Shown here one piece after another: positions 13,251 to 25,700 of a DNA stretch of 64,000 nt (position 1 is the stretch's first letter; each line of letters begins with the position of its first letter). A program made the translations under genes and the position numbers. The notes below the pieces were generated by a model. It was not told the DNA's origin. It was given only the letters and a program-made list of their open reading frames with translations, and made no database searches. Origin of the DNA: Phoronis australis (Eukaryota > Animalia > Phoronida); the NCBI GenBank assembly GCA_002633005.1, contig NMRA01000238.1:186001-250000 (forward strand), given 5' to 3'.

Positions 13251-14719
13251 CCGGTGTTTCGCGAAGTCTTGTCTCGTCTTCGCAAAGCAGGTGTGTCGTT
13301 AAACCTGAGCAAGCGTGTATTCGCGTCCATTGGTGTCACATTTCTCGGACATTATGTTGATACGTTTGGTATCCATTCAAGTGCCGTTTGGTCGACCAAG
13401 ACCATAGTGTGCTCATAAGTTAAGAATCAAATAAGCCATATACAAAATAAAGCGACTTTTAATAATTTAAAAATTATTTAATAAGCAGTTGAAACATCGA
13501 TTATTATTTCATTAAAGACATGTTTTGTGTATTTTGTTACAATTTGTTGACTATTTTGGAAAATCAAACAATTCTAACGAAATCGTTCGGTTTACTTGCA
13601 TCTGGAAACGCCCAATGATAAGTTCAACACGTCAACCCAGTTAGCGCCTTTCTCATGACAACAATTTTCTCCCAGCCGCAAAGCACAGATCCTACTGAAG
13701 CTGTGCCCAGCGTAATACACCTGATTGGTCAGTCAGTGGGAAACGGCGTCACGTTTGTTAGTTATAGTCGTTTCGCATGTGTTTGCACTGGTGGCACGCA
13801 GCCTGTAAACTCTGTTGAGAAGAATGTTAGCTACTTCCTTAAACAACAAAGGGGTCCCTTGGTCGTGACCCTTTTCGGCAAACCCGTTCTCTTCAAACAG
13901 AGACAATCGCCGATATTTCATCGATTTCCAGTACAATTGGCTAGATGCCAGCCTGAGAACCAGAGAACCCCTGCTACCCTATGACCCCTGGGCGGGGGCA
14001 ATTTATTGCAAGGGCTTCTCGATCTGGTTGGCGCCTTTCACCTGATTTCTATAATCTAGGGAGTTTTAGCAGTCTGCACGCAGTGCGCCTCAGTAGTCGC
14101 ATAAGTGGCTTTGGTGTAATTTTACTCGGTCTTTTAAGTGCTGCGGCTACACTTCCTGTAATCGTTAAAATGGGAACCTTCATTTTGAAATCCGTTGTAT
14201 TAAATTTTTGGTATTTTTTAAGTCTTAGTGACTGTATACTCCAGATATTTTCAGTTTTTGTGCTCCCTGTGAAACAGAAAGGTGGAACTGAGTGGGCCTG
14301 GTTTTTTAAATCCTATTCAGCCGCCTACACCTACACGCTACCAAAGGCAGATTATAATGTATCTCGAGTACCAGAGCAGGGCCGCCAATCAGAAACCAGT
14401 GTTACTCACGTCTTGCTGTTTGTGAGAACAGCGGTTTTCTATGGAATTTGGTATGTACTACTTCACGGTTGTTTCAAAACATGCCAGGATTATAAAGGCA
14501 TCGGCCTATGTTATGTTGCCTTCACAAGAGTTCGAAATCTAGTGTCAGTTTATAAAAAGGGCACTTGCAAAAACGCGACTCCTGTTTCCCCTTCTGCAAT
14601 AAGAAAATCTTGTAGTCTACTCTTGTTTCCAAATGTCATACAATAAAACGTTGTCAGTAAATTAACTTTTGCCATCTTTTCTCAAATCGCGACATTAACT
14701 TTAGGGTTGAGTAATCGGT

Positions 14720-14849
14720 GATAAAATGGCGCCGGAATATGTCATTTGTCTGGAAAATGTTGACACATTTCCTCATTAAGTGGCCTTTTCTGTGTCTCTT
14801 AACACCTGTTATTGAATTTTGGTTCACTTAGGCCTTGCAACCACCGCAG
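14720..14849 (+). promoter_or_regulatory. Candidate non-coding first exon/promoter of GPR19
   Basis: YY1-like AAAATGGCG near 14723; strong donor CAG|GTAAGG at 14849/14850; candidate acceptor tttttttcag ending 16393 upstream of the CDS. Confidence 0.35.
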
Positions 14850-15031
14850 GTAAGGTTGTTTCAATTTGCAAAATATAGGTTTAACTACGTTATCGAACGT
14901 TTCTGTAAATACTTAATTACAGGCGGGTTACGTGGCTAAAGGCTGCTTACACGCTAGCGTCACCAATAGAAGGCAGTTTTCAAGAATCTATCATCGTCTT
15001 TGCAGATAAAATTTAAGAATCCTTTACTGTT

Positions 15032-15152
15032 AACTTGCGACGTACCTGCGCGCATGCTCTAAACTTGCGACGTACCTGCGAGCATGCTCTATACTTGCGA
15101 CGTACCTGCGAGCATGCTCTAAACTTGCGACGTACCTGGGCGCATGCTTTAA
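15032..15152. repeat. 30-bp minisatellite x4 (aacttgcgacgtacctgcgagcatgctcta)
   Basis: Directly visible tandem units. Confidence 0.9.
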
Positions 15153-16842
15153 ACAGCTGCAGCCTTTGCAGCGAACTCCTTAATTGCCGTTAATCATAAA
15201 CGTGCCGTGAAGTCGACATAACAATCATGTGTTAATTATGCGGATGTCTGTCTTGGTGAAGGCTGCGAATTATTTACTGTTAATCACGAGCAAGGTAGAA
15301 ATCACAGGGAACAGTCATCGATATGATTATCTTCCGAATAGTACGAATAGAGATGAAAAATAATTATCTTGGAATGACATGAAGTTAATGAAGATAAGTA
15401 GTCCTCTCACTGTTAACTGAATTCAGAGCGATAGGTGGAAAAATGAGGGGCTGGTGCCACCACTCGCGCAGCCGTAGATTCCCTACCAGCCTTGTTCCTT
15501 GCCTTCTACGACTACATGTATGTACCCTGTTTTTAGACTTTTTGTATGAACCGCGCAAAAATATGAGTCAAGAACCCGATTCGAGCCCCTGTAGGGAGAG
15601 AGATATTTTCAGACTATAGCTCACGTGATGTGACCGACATATTGTGTGTTAGAAGACTAATAATGATATAATAATTACTTATGCGTTACCAACGCGCTCA
15701 TTTATAGCAGCAAAAATCTCGATTTGTTACGAAAACACGGTCACGTGAGTACAAACGATCACCGTGTATTTTTTCCACGGCCTACGTGACTGTTTGATTG
15801 TGGACATCCCATTAAAATGGCATTAAACCCGTGCTTTGTGAAAAAAGTGTTTCCGTTTTGAGGTTGACGTGATTCAGGAGGAAGGGACATTTGGGTATTT
15901 CCTGGGTCAATTCTTCCTGAGTCCTGAGATTGGTTCTAAACCAAGCACAGGACAAGACAGGACAGGACCAATTTTTAGCGGTAAGAGTGGTAAATCAAAC
16001 TTACATCTTACAGAAAGTAGGTGTTTGATACCGCTTTAAACGAAAAGGCATACCGATATGACAATTTATGTTATTCATGGTCTTCATGATAGGCTTTGAT
16101 TGGTGTTCTTACAATATTAAACTGACGATTTGTCAAACTGTTTATTCATGGACAGCGTGATTTCCGTCTCTGCCAAGTAGAATAATGTTCAGGTTTGCTG
16201 GAACTGAGAAAAGTGCTTTGTTTATTTGTGAGAATGATCATTAACCCCTGCGCGTGCATTATTTATTATTTTTTTCATGCCAAACGATGATCTAATAAGA
16301 TAAATGCATGTACGTTCTAAAAGCAGTAATAGGCTTATAGTCATATAGCATCTGAAAATGTCTCATTGTCAATAGCAACCTGTATTTTTTCAGGGTCACA
16401 CATGGACTAATTTACATCTAACGTCACGTGAGATTCATACACTCCTCTGCAGCGATAATTAGCAATGCGACTCTGAAGGCGAGTTGGACGACGTGACATG
16501 TTGAGATCTCATTTCCACAACATTCAGCGCTTTCGTATGCCATATGAAGACAGGAGCGTAGCATGCGGTGAAATGATATCTGCGAACGGTCTTAGACAAA
16601 CTTGTTGTGCAAGAAGACATCTCTGAACGAATAATTCGTGAAGCACTGTTAGAGAAATTTGTTGTGCTGGAAGGTGTCTTCGAAAGAATAATCAGTGTAG
16701 AACTCTTAGACAAGCTTGTTGCGCTGGATGATTGAATTGAAAATGCGCGTTCTAGATGAACTTCTTTATGGCTGTTCATATAAATTTATAAGGAACAAAC
16801 TTGCATGGAAAGCAGGCAAGTACGTGCAGACGGGAAACAAAC

Positions 16843-18003
16843 ATGACCTCAAGTTCTCGTGGAATGTCACCCTCGATCAGTTCCGATTTTCACGCTGGTT
16901 CTAACAGTTCCAACTGTCCCATGGTCTCGCCGAGCACGAAAATGGTCGTCGAATCATTCTGTGTGTTTGTAATATGGATTGTCTCTGTGTTCGGCAATAT
17001 CATAGTGTGCGTAGTCATCTACCGAAGTCGTCGAATGCAGAGCACTACAAACTATTTTGTGATATCTATTGCCTGTGTAGATTTATTAATCTCATTCTTG
17101 ACAATACCGTTTTACTTCGGAACCGTTGTATCGTGCACGTGGACGTTTGGCCGGATTCTTTGTCAACTTATATATTACGTTCAGTATGTTCTTCTTGGTG
17201 CTTCAATGTACATATTTGTGTCAGTATGCCTGGATAGGTTCTACACAATCATTTACCCTTTGAGTTTTAAAATTACGCGATCTACATCAAAAAAGATGAT
17301 CCTGGGGTGTTTAATGATTGCTGCCGTAGTCTCGATTCCCAGTGTATTTTATTTCGCCGATACGGATCCGCCAGAAACTTGCATGATGCTATCACCTGGT
17401 GGAACATGGGAAAGGATTTTGTTACGTCTATGTATGGTGGCGATTCTTTATGTAGTTCCGGTCGTGATATTATTTGTTGGATATTTCCGTGTCTTCAAAC
17501 ATATCTGGCGTTCAGGCGTTGGAGGCAGACGAATTCGGCGAACCTCCAATCCGGTACCTCGGAATAAAGTGAAAATGGTGAAAATGTTACTCGTTGTTAA
17601 TGTCGTAAATATCGTATTGTTGTTGCCGTATTTTGCCTACCAGTTCATCCACGGATTCGGGGAAATGCAGTTACTGCCTTTGGATCACCAGAAGATTTTA
17701 TTGACCACCATTTGGATAGCTTTTTCTGCGACAGCTGCTAAACCAGTTCTTTACATATGCTACAACGCCAACTTCAGGCGAGGTTGCAAGGAGCTACTTT
17801 GTTTGAGTAACTTAAAATGTTATCGTAGCAACACGTACATAGTGACGAAATTTGGGAAGAAAAATGCAGTCGGCATTATAGACGGGCCCACTAATAATTT
17901 TGTTCTACTAAGTGATGACCGATTCAAAAATTTCGATAGAACACATGGCCTAAATCAATCCTCATGGCCGTTAGATAATGGCATGATGTCGACATACGTG
18001 TGA
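16843..18003 (+). CDS. GPR19: G protein-coupled receptor 19 orthologue (class A GPCR, intronless CDS, ~386 aa)
   Basis: 7 hydrophobic segments; GPR19-diagnostic motifs RSRRMQSTTNYF, CLDRFYTIIYPLSFK, VPRNKVKMVKM, KPVLYICYNANFRRG, KCYRSN; C-terminal PDZ-type STYV; first in-frame ATG at 16843 (the ORF track starts at an upstream TTG). Confidence 0.93.
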   Translation: MTSSSRGMSPSISSDFHAGSNSSNCPMVSPSTKMVVESFCVFVIWIVSVFGNIIVCVVIYRSRRMQSTTNYFVISIACVDLLISFLTIPFYFGTVVSCTWTFGRILCQLIYYVQYVLLGASMYIFVSVCLDRFYTIIYPLSFKITRSTSKKMILGCLMIAAVVSIPSVFYFADTDPPETCMMLSPGGTWERILLRLCMVAILYVVPVVILFVGYFRVFKHIWRSGVGGRRIRRTSNPVPRNKVKMVKMLLVVNVVNIVLLLPYFAYQFIHGFGEMQLLPLDHQKILLTTIWIAFSATAAKPVLYICYNANFRRGCKELLCLSNLKCYRSNTYIVTKFGKKNAVGIIDGPTNNFVLLSDDRFKNFDRTHGLNQSSWPLDNGMMSTYV

Positions 18004-18276
18004 CATCAGCCATTGTAAGGTGCATGCAGTACGTATATAATCTTCCCTAGAATTTATAGACAAAATAAATTGGAACACCTGACGATGGCCGGAGAACAAA
18101 CCGACCGAAACGTCTTGACAGTGTAAATAGACAAGAGGTCGGTGTAGACCACGAAGAGATTTTAATGATAGTTGTAACACGCCACCACCTCAGAGCAGTT
18201 TTAGAAAGTCAATAAATTGAAAACCCGAAAGTGCTGTTTGTTTACTAGTTTAATGCCGTCGTTAACTGACCTATCA

Positions 18277-18434
18277 CCAGCCTCCCGTTCAGTAACGCTA
18301 GGACCTTGCTAAAAAGCAAGACTTCGCGAGATTACGTGAGATATTGCCGTGTAGTTTAAATGAGAACACGTGACTATGACTAGGTTTTAGCTAAGTCCTA
18401 GCGTAGGTCCTAGCGTCTACTGAACGCACGCCTG
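18277..18434. mobile_element. Short MITE-like inverted-repeat element
   Basis: cgttcagtaacgctaggacc ... ggtcctagcgtctactgaacg inverted ends. Confidence 0.55.
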
Positions 18435-19435
18435 GACTTTGAGTGACGGCTTAAGTGACCAATCAGAACGCAGCCTTCTTGACACACCTTCGCTTCCAAG
18501 TCGCCATTTTACCCGACAAGCAACACGTTGCGGGGTAAAACTTATTGTTTTTTGTCGACATTTCGCAAGGGAGCGAATCTTGCGATAGGTCAATTCGTAG
18601 ATGTTCCCTGTTCATTGGAAGATCGACGAATATAGGTCGAATTAATAAGCGAAAGTACCCAGACATATAAACAGACACCACTGTGTTCCCCAGAAAAATA
18701 AATTGTTTGTCACTAAGATTAAAATGAAATGTCTTTTGGAAGTTGTAAATTTTGTCTTGAACTCTCTAATCAGAGTAAGTGTCCTAGCAAAATAGAACTT
18801 GTATAAAACTGTCAGTCATGATCAGATGGAGCACGGTGACGTAATGCGTTTGATGTAATGAAGGAGTTTGTAAAAGCATGTCTTCAGGCAGACCGCTGGA
18901 ATTCTTCATAAATAAACGTTTTAGGTCATAGCTCTCCTATCTTTCACGTCCGTGGGTACTTCAGGGAGGGGGCAATAGGAACTTTGGTTCAAATCCTTCT
19001 ACAGATGTTCAAAAGTTAATTTCAACAAAGTTCCCCAAAATAATACACTTGCACGTTTCTATTGTAGTTTAAATGTTGGGAAAAACAATAATCAAATAAT
19101 TTGCAAGCCGATAATTTGTTTGGAATATGTGGTTAGAACTTTTCAAGCACTATCAGCGTTGTGAAACCCGTTTCATGCTATGACTTACGGTTCTAGGGAT
19201 ATTCGAGATTTACTGCTTAAATGATTGTTCTTTTATTGCCTCGTTATTTATGGTTGCCCTTTATTATCCTATCATGTTTGGGCTAGAGGTCGCATTTTTT
19301 TATCTGATCGACATAAGTACAGTGTATATTTGCATAGGTTTCTACAAACCCATTTTTGACACCAATCAAACCAATCATGGTCAATACAACAATGCTTGTT
19401 AACAAGTAACAAATTGATAGAATGTAACAAATATT

Positions 19436-19705
19436 TCAATACGTAACATGTAATAAAATTAACACCAGCACTGTCTTTAAAACCACTCGTTCGGTCACTT
19501 GACAACCCGTATTTTTTCCGTCACTAGATGGCGTCGTCGACAAAGGATTTCCGTCCCCTGTATTACAGAGACTGGACGAACAGCACGTGGTGCACTGGTT
19601 GAATCCTTCGTTAGTCACCAAACATTGTTCTTGACAGTCAGATTTGTAAGCACAGCCACGAAAATAAAATGGCTTGGAGTCTTGTCCGCGCTCTAATTTC
19701 ACAAC
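19436..19705 (-). CDS. ADAM-A terminal exon: second half of LU domain plus GPI-signal-like tail
   Basis: tttag|VVKLERGQDSKPFYFRGCAYKSDCQEQCLVTNEGFNQCTTCCSSSLCN...VLVLILLHVTY*; AATAAA on minus strand near 19232. Confidence 0.88.
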   Translation of the reverse strand, partial: VVKLERGQDSKPFYFRGCAYKSDCQEQCLVTNEGFNQCTTCCSSSLCNTGDGNPLSTTPSSDGKNTGCQVTERVVLKTVLVLILLHVTY

Positions 19706-22700
19706 CTAAAATTAGATTATAAACCATATTGTACATAGTTCAAATCTCGTACGATCAGAGGGCAAATCGAAGGGTGATCCACCGTTTGAAAGTGGCATGC
19801 GAACGCTTATCAGACGGCTGATCTGCCTTCTTACCCGTGTTGATGAACGGCCTTCCAAAAAGACTCTAATGGAGTGCCTTAGAGGAGAAAAATCGACACC
19901 CTCATAGAGAGTGGAATGATCAGATGGAATGTCACAGTTGGTACGGCCCCTATCTATGCTCTATGACATTTTAAGACTCCGAGGAACGCGTGAAATGCTT
20001 CCCCCAGAAAACGTACACTAACAAGGTGGCTATGGTGAAAAAGATATCCTTAATCATTACTCAAAATGACAGAAAAACAGCGAGTCCCAAAGAACGCAAC
20101 GCACATTACAGTAGCCCGGAACAGGAACGCGTTGTTTTGTTCAGCAAGCGTTCCAAAATTTTGGGTCTTTGTCCCCGGACGGTATGAGGTCACGTCAGTG
20201 TCTGCAACACAGTTGTCTGCATCACGGACTAGCAGCTAGTCAAGTCAGTGTCTGCAACATGGGTAGCGGCTACTCGGGTCAGAGTCTGCTATATGGGTAG
20301 TGGCTAGTCAAGCCAGTGTCTGCAGCACGGGTAGGGGCTAGTCAAATCAGTGTCTGCAATATGGGTAGTGGCAACTCAGTCAGTGTCTGCAACATGGGTA
20401 GCGGCTAGTCAAGCCTGTGTCTGCAACATGGGTAGTGGCTAGAAAGGCGTCCAACCGCATGCGCGCACACAGCCTTCAATGCGGGGGGGGCTCGAATTGC
20501 CGACGTCGCGGACCTTTTGGCTAACAAAAGAGTGGGCGGACTAAAAAAAAGGAGCACCACTGTGAATTGCGCGTTTGCGCTATTTAGAGTGGATTTTTGT
20601 CCCATTTTCTCGGACTTTTTTTCTCTCGGGGGCGGACCTTTTTGTCCACTTCGCCCCCCTGGGTGCGCACATGAATCGTACAATGATCTGGATTCGTGAA
20701 GTTAAAAAACGTGCGAAAAGTATGCTATGGACCCCTCTTCTAGAGTTTGTGGTAAAAAAGGCCTTTTGGAAACCTTATAACCGCCGAAATGAATCGTTTG
20801 AAACCAGCTGCATACAGACCAAATTAGACCACGCTTTCCCTATGTCTAAGCTAGTTAGGTCTACAGACCAAATTAGGCCATGCTTTCTCTATGTCTAAGC
20901 TTTCTTGGTCTATGAACCAAATTTGATTAAGCTTTCTCTATGTCTAAGTTTTCTAGGTCTATAGACCAAATTAGACTATGCTGTCTCTATATCTAAGTTT
21001 TCTAGGTCTATAGACCAAACTAGACCACGCTTTCTCTATGTCTAAGGTTTCTAGGACAATAGACCAAATTCGACTATGCTTTCTCTATGTCTAAGTTTTC
21101 TAGGTCTGTAAACCAAATTAGACCATGCTTTCTCTATGTCTAAGGTTTCTAGGTCTATAGACCAAATTAGACCATGTTTTCTGTGTGTCCAGGGTTTCTA
21201 GGTCTGCAGACCAAATTAGAAAATGCTTTCTCTATGTCTAAGGCTTCAAGATATATAGACTAAATTAGACCGTGTTTTCTCTGTGTCTGAGGTTCCTAGG
21301 TCTGTGGTTTCTAGGTCACCAATTTCCGTAACTGCGGGTTCTGGGTCTGTGAGGTCTGAGTTATCTAGCTTTGTGGTTAGAGACACATCTCCAAATTGCA
21401 GAAGGTTTTGAATAGTTGTCATTTCATGTCCAGTGCGTTCAACAACCTGGTGAGGCCTACCCTTTCGACATTAAGGCACTTTACGCGAACAAACAATGCT
21501 TTCTGGAAAGGATATTATACAAAGCAATAGCATGTTACAGGGTCGAGTGACTTGTATGCATAATACTCTGAGCAATCTCGAAAGCGTTAAACTCTAAGAT
21601 GTAGACAAAGGTTTACTTACAGTACAGATCTGGCTGTTGGACTGACATTTTTCTTTATTTGCTGAGGTAGAATTCGGAGTCAGAGCGCATTTGTCGTCAT
21701 CAGAACAGCCATAACAATCGACGAGTTTGGATGCTGAAAAGAAAGGGCGCCATTTTGTTTCCAATACTTTCAAGAGTTTAATGAATTCTAAAACGGATGC
21801 TTGTCATTGGCCCATTGTGACCAGGACCGACCGTGTCTGTGGCTCATAATACCAGATTAATTGATCAAAGAATAAAATTCATCCTTACCTACGTGAACAT
21901 TCGTAAAGCAATCTAGCGCCGGACTTTTGACCTTGTATTCAAACCCACAGTGCTGTGCTTTTCAACAATTATTGCACCTTAGTTTGCCACCCAAAGAGCA
22001 AGTTTTATTTATACGTGAACCCAGCATGGTCGACTTAACAGATTTATGGCCCCCAAGCAAAGCAGTGAACTGGGGTCCATTTTCGACATAAATGCTCAAA
22101 AGAATAAAAAACTGAAACAGCTGATAAACAGTTCGAAGTCCAGTAACGCACACAAGGAAGTTTAGGTGTCTTGTAAACTTATCAAGACATGTTGGACTTG
22201 AGTTTGTTCATAACTTGACACCGACAGAAGTACCTATTCACGAGGATGTTCAGATCTCTTGCGAACGAAGACAAAGTTGTTGTAAGTTTGTTCACATACA
22301 CTTCCAAACCATACTTGGTCGTCGTGACTTAGAAGTGCAAATTGCTTGTGTTTCAAGTGAATATTATGCTACTCGCACACTCTTTTGTTCGTGTCTTCAA
22401 CTAGTCACTTATCTGCTATTCGAAACCATAGAAACAGAGTCCCAGTGCAGGAATCATGAGGGAGGGGAGGTGTGGGGAGGGGAGGCAGTCATATTTTTTC
22501 GGATGGGGATGTAGCTAGGCTTTCAAAATCTGAGGCAATATTTCTACCTGAAGAAATGGAGACACGAGCTGGAACTGATTAAATATTTTTTACTAAAAAG
22601 GCCCATGTTCACACCTCATCTAGAAAAAGTATTCCCAAAGTATACCAAATCCTCTTGTCTCAATAACGCCCAGGGATTTCCACTTGACGCAATTTGAAGC

Positions 22701-25700
22701 ATAGATGTAATCTGTAATTGTGGTCGTCGTCTAGAATCTTCGTAGAAACGAAGGTTGACTTTTGAATTTTAGTCGGGATCACTAGATTTGTCCTCTTTCA
22801 AATCACGTCAGTATTCAGATCGACGTCTGTACCAAGCAAATATGGTGATCTCTCATCCTAGTTTTATAGCTGCTTAATCTTAACTGGCATCGCAAATTTT
22901 TATCAAAATAGTGAAAACTCGACCCAAACTTGCCCATCTCATCGACACCTACCCTTCATGCTATTAGATTTGACTGCAGCCTTCTAGGGTGCGCATAAAA
23001 TACTTACTGTCAATTACAGTTTCGCAGTTGGTGCCTGGATCATAATCTCCCGTGCATGCGCATTTCCCTGAGTTGCCACATGTCTAAAATTTACCAGTGA
23101 AAACACTTTTAACAAGATTTTGATGGACACTTCCTTTCACAAGCCACACAATTTGATATTGGAAGCTTTCAATAGAGTTAAAAATTGCACTAAAAATCTT
23201 TAATTTGAAACGATTGGTTTTTAAAACATTTTGTGTCATTTTCAATATGGATTCTATACCGTCTTTAAACAGCGTAATTAGAAAGATACGTCAACACATA
23301 GACTAATTAAGAATGTTCTTGCAATAATTGCACAAATACTTACTCCGTGACCAGCGCAAACTTTTCCATTGACTGACGTGCATGAGGTAGCTGTGAATGC
23401 CACACACTGCGCGTTCTTGCACCACTTTCCTTCTGCACACTTAGTGCCTTCAGACACCATACCAGACTCTTTGGTGTCTTTTCCAAAATCTGCCGAGCCC
23501 GCTCTAAAAGGGAATATTTATATTTGTGTATAAATTAAAGGAGAATACAACTAAAAACAATGTAACTTGTATCAATTTAGATTGAGAAGTTCCACTCGAT
23601 AACACCAAGTTTAGTTTTTTTACCTGACACAGACGGCAGACGGAGGTGCTGAAGTCAACCAATGACGTCACAAGTTCTAACACAGTCTGCTCAGCAGTTC
23701 ACGAGACGTTTCCTGGTGTCTGCTTATCGCTTAAATTCATCGTTTTACACAAATAAATTGTCAAAATTCGATGTAAAATCCTTACAAATACATTAAGTTT
23801 TTAAATAAATGAGTGGTTTTATTTCGCTGTTACGGAGTTCTATAAATTTTGAAAGTACCGTAGCTTACAAAGTTCTTCGGGGTAGGCCAACTTACCGAGG
23901 TCGGTCGCGGAAGTTTGGAGTCTGTTCGGTGATAAATTAGAATTATTCTTTCGTGAAATACAAACCCTGAGGAGAGCATAGCAGTGTGTTGTAATTTTAG
24001 ACTTGCGAATTTCATCTGTTCTAAACACAAAACGCTCGTTATAACCAAGTGGCTCGGAACACGATCTGACCCGTCGCAGCCGGACTGGAGACATTGCGAA
24101 CATAAACCAGCCGAGCTAGTCGGCTGCCAAACTTGAAAACTAAATTTCAGTCCCAAAAAGACTAGACTAGTGAACCAAAGAAATAATGTGCATGTGAATA
24201 TTTTGATGAATTCGCCGCGAAATTGCAAATCTACTTACTCGTCGGGAGCCCCGAAGCCAAGTTTCCCTTCCACAGAACAGTATGGGAAAATGGTGTACAA
24301 TAACAATGATTTGAATAACGTATATACATACATACAAACATACATACATACATACATATACATATACATAATACACTTACACATATATATATGTATGATT
24401 TATTGAGACATATACACATGGCCAATGGCCATAGGCCCCAAGTATATCATGTAGAAGACAGAACATTGTTAGGTGCCACGTTTCAAACTGGATAATACAT
24501 TATGACGCTTGAGAGCGTGATGGACGAATTTGATAAGTAGGCTATCCGGAGTTCTCATGAGAGAATCAAATTTAGATGTCGTGGGAGAATGACAAAAACG
24601 ATCACTTAAGTACTTAACCCGAAGGTCTTGGTACGCACTACAAACTTAAACAACGTGGTATTCGTCCTCTACAGACCCCGAATTAAATAACTCACACAAC
24701 CTGTTTTCATAGGGAATATTTGTGTGGCGACCTCTTTCCACTAGTAACGAATGATTTGAACATCGCAATCGAGTCAGAGACTGGATAAAAACACGTGGGA
24801 CACCAACCATTTCTAGATAATTCTCAAGATGATACATTGTTTTGTACCTCACATAGTAAGGCAGTTTTGCGTTACATTCGATATCAGCTTGCCAACCTTG
24901 CAAATAACAATCGTTGACACGTTGAGAAAAAACAGTCAAGAAATGCGCTTGATTTTCCACACCCTTATTAATCCACATATCTGAAAAAACCATACACAGA
25001 CAGAAGTTTCCTTACAAAACTTGCCCAATTATAGGAAGATCTTCCGATCAGGTCTGACTGAAAAAGCATATCATATGCAGCTTTTACCCCACGATTATTA
25101 GGCATCTCCAGTATTTTGAACCAGTATTTTATACAAGAAACAAAATATTTAGCTGACAGTGGGAATCGACCACATTCTCCCATAATTGCCGAGTTTGAAC
25201 AACAACTGCCTACTCCTAAAATGCGTTTACAAAACTTGATATGAACATTTTCCAATTGTTCATATTCCTTAAAGCCCCATATCTCAGCGCCGTAACACAG
25301 AGAGGGGTAAACTATTTTATCGAACAAGTGAAAGGCTATTGACGGGGGCAGATCACGACATCTTCGCTTTAATTTACAAATTGCAGAGGCAGCTTTATTC
25401 GCTTGACTAGATAAGGCTTTAATGGCTTTGGTCCACGAAACTTTTGGAGTAATAAGTAGTGCAAGGTAATTGTAATGAGACATTTATATGTATCAAATAA
25501 AGATTCCTCTAACATCTGACCATAGGATATAAAAACGAGTTATAGTTTCACAACAGCATGCGCTCACACGGTGGTCAATTAGTTTTATTGCATATGAAGC
25601 CGGTAACGCAGTATGAGTTATTTACTGTTGATTTCTCAAAATATTTGCACTCATGAACACTTTTAAGGCATTAAAATTGTATCTACTGAGACAGACTTTG

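Noticed and set aside
13981-14646. 221-aa ORF
   Set aside because: No recognisable motif or supporting exon structure; treated as a chance ORF
20816-21310. CRISPR-like array
   Set aside because: Eukaryotic context; contiguous degenerate units without unique spacers, so a minisatellite (same for 15032-15152 and 20195-20441)
19436-21733. Stand-alone Ly6/three-finger gene downstream of a conventional ADAM
   Set aside because: No TM exon or separate signal exon found; phase continuity and the 124-bp intron in paralogue B favour fusion
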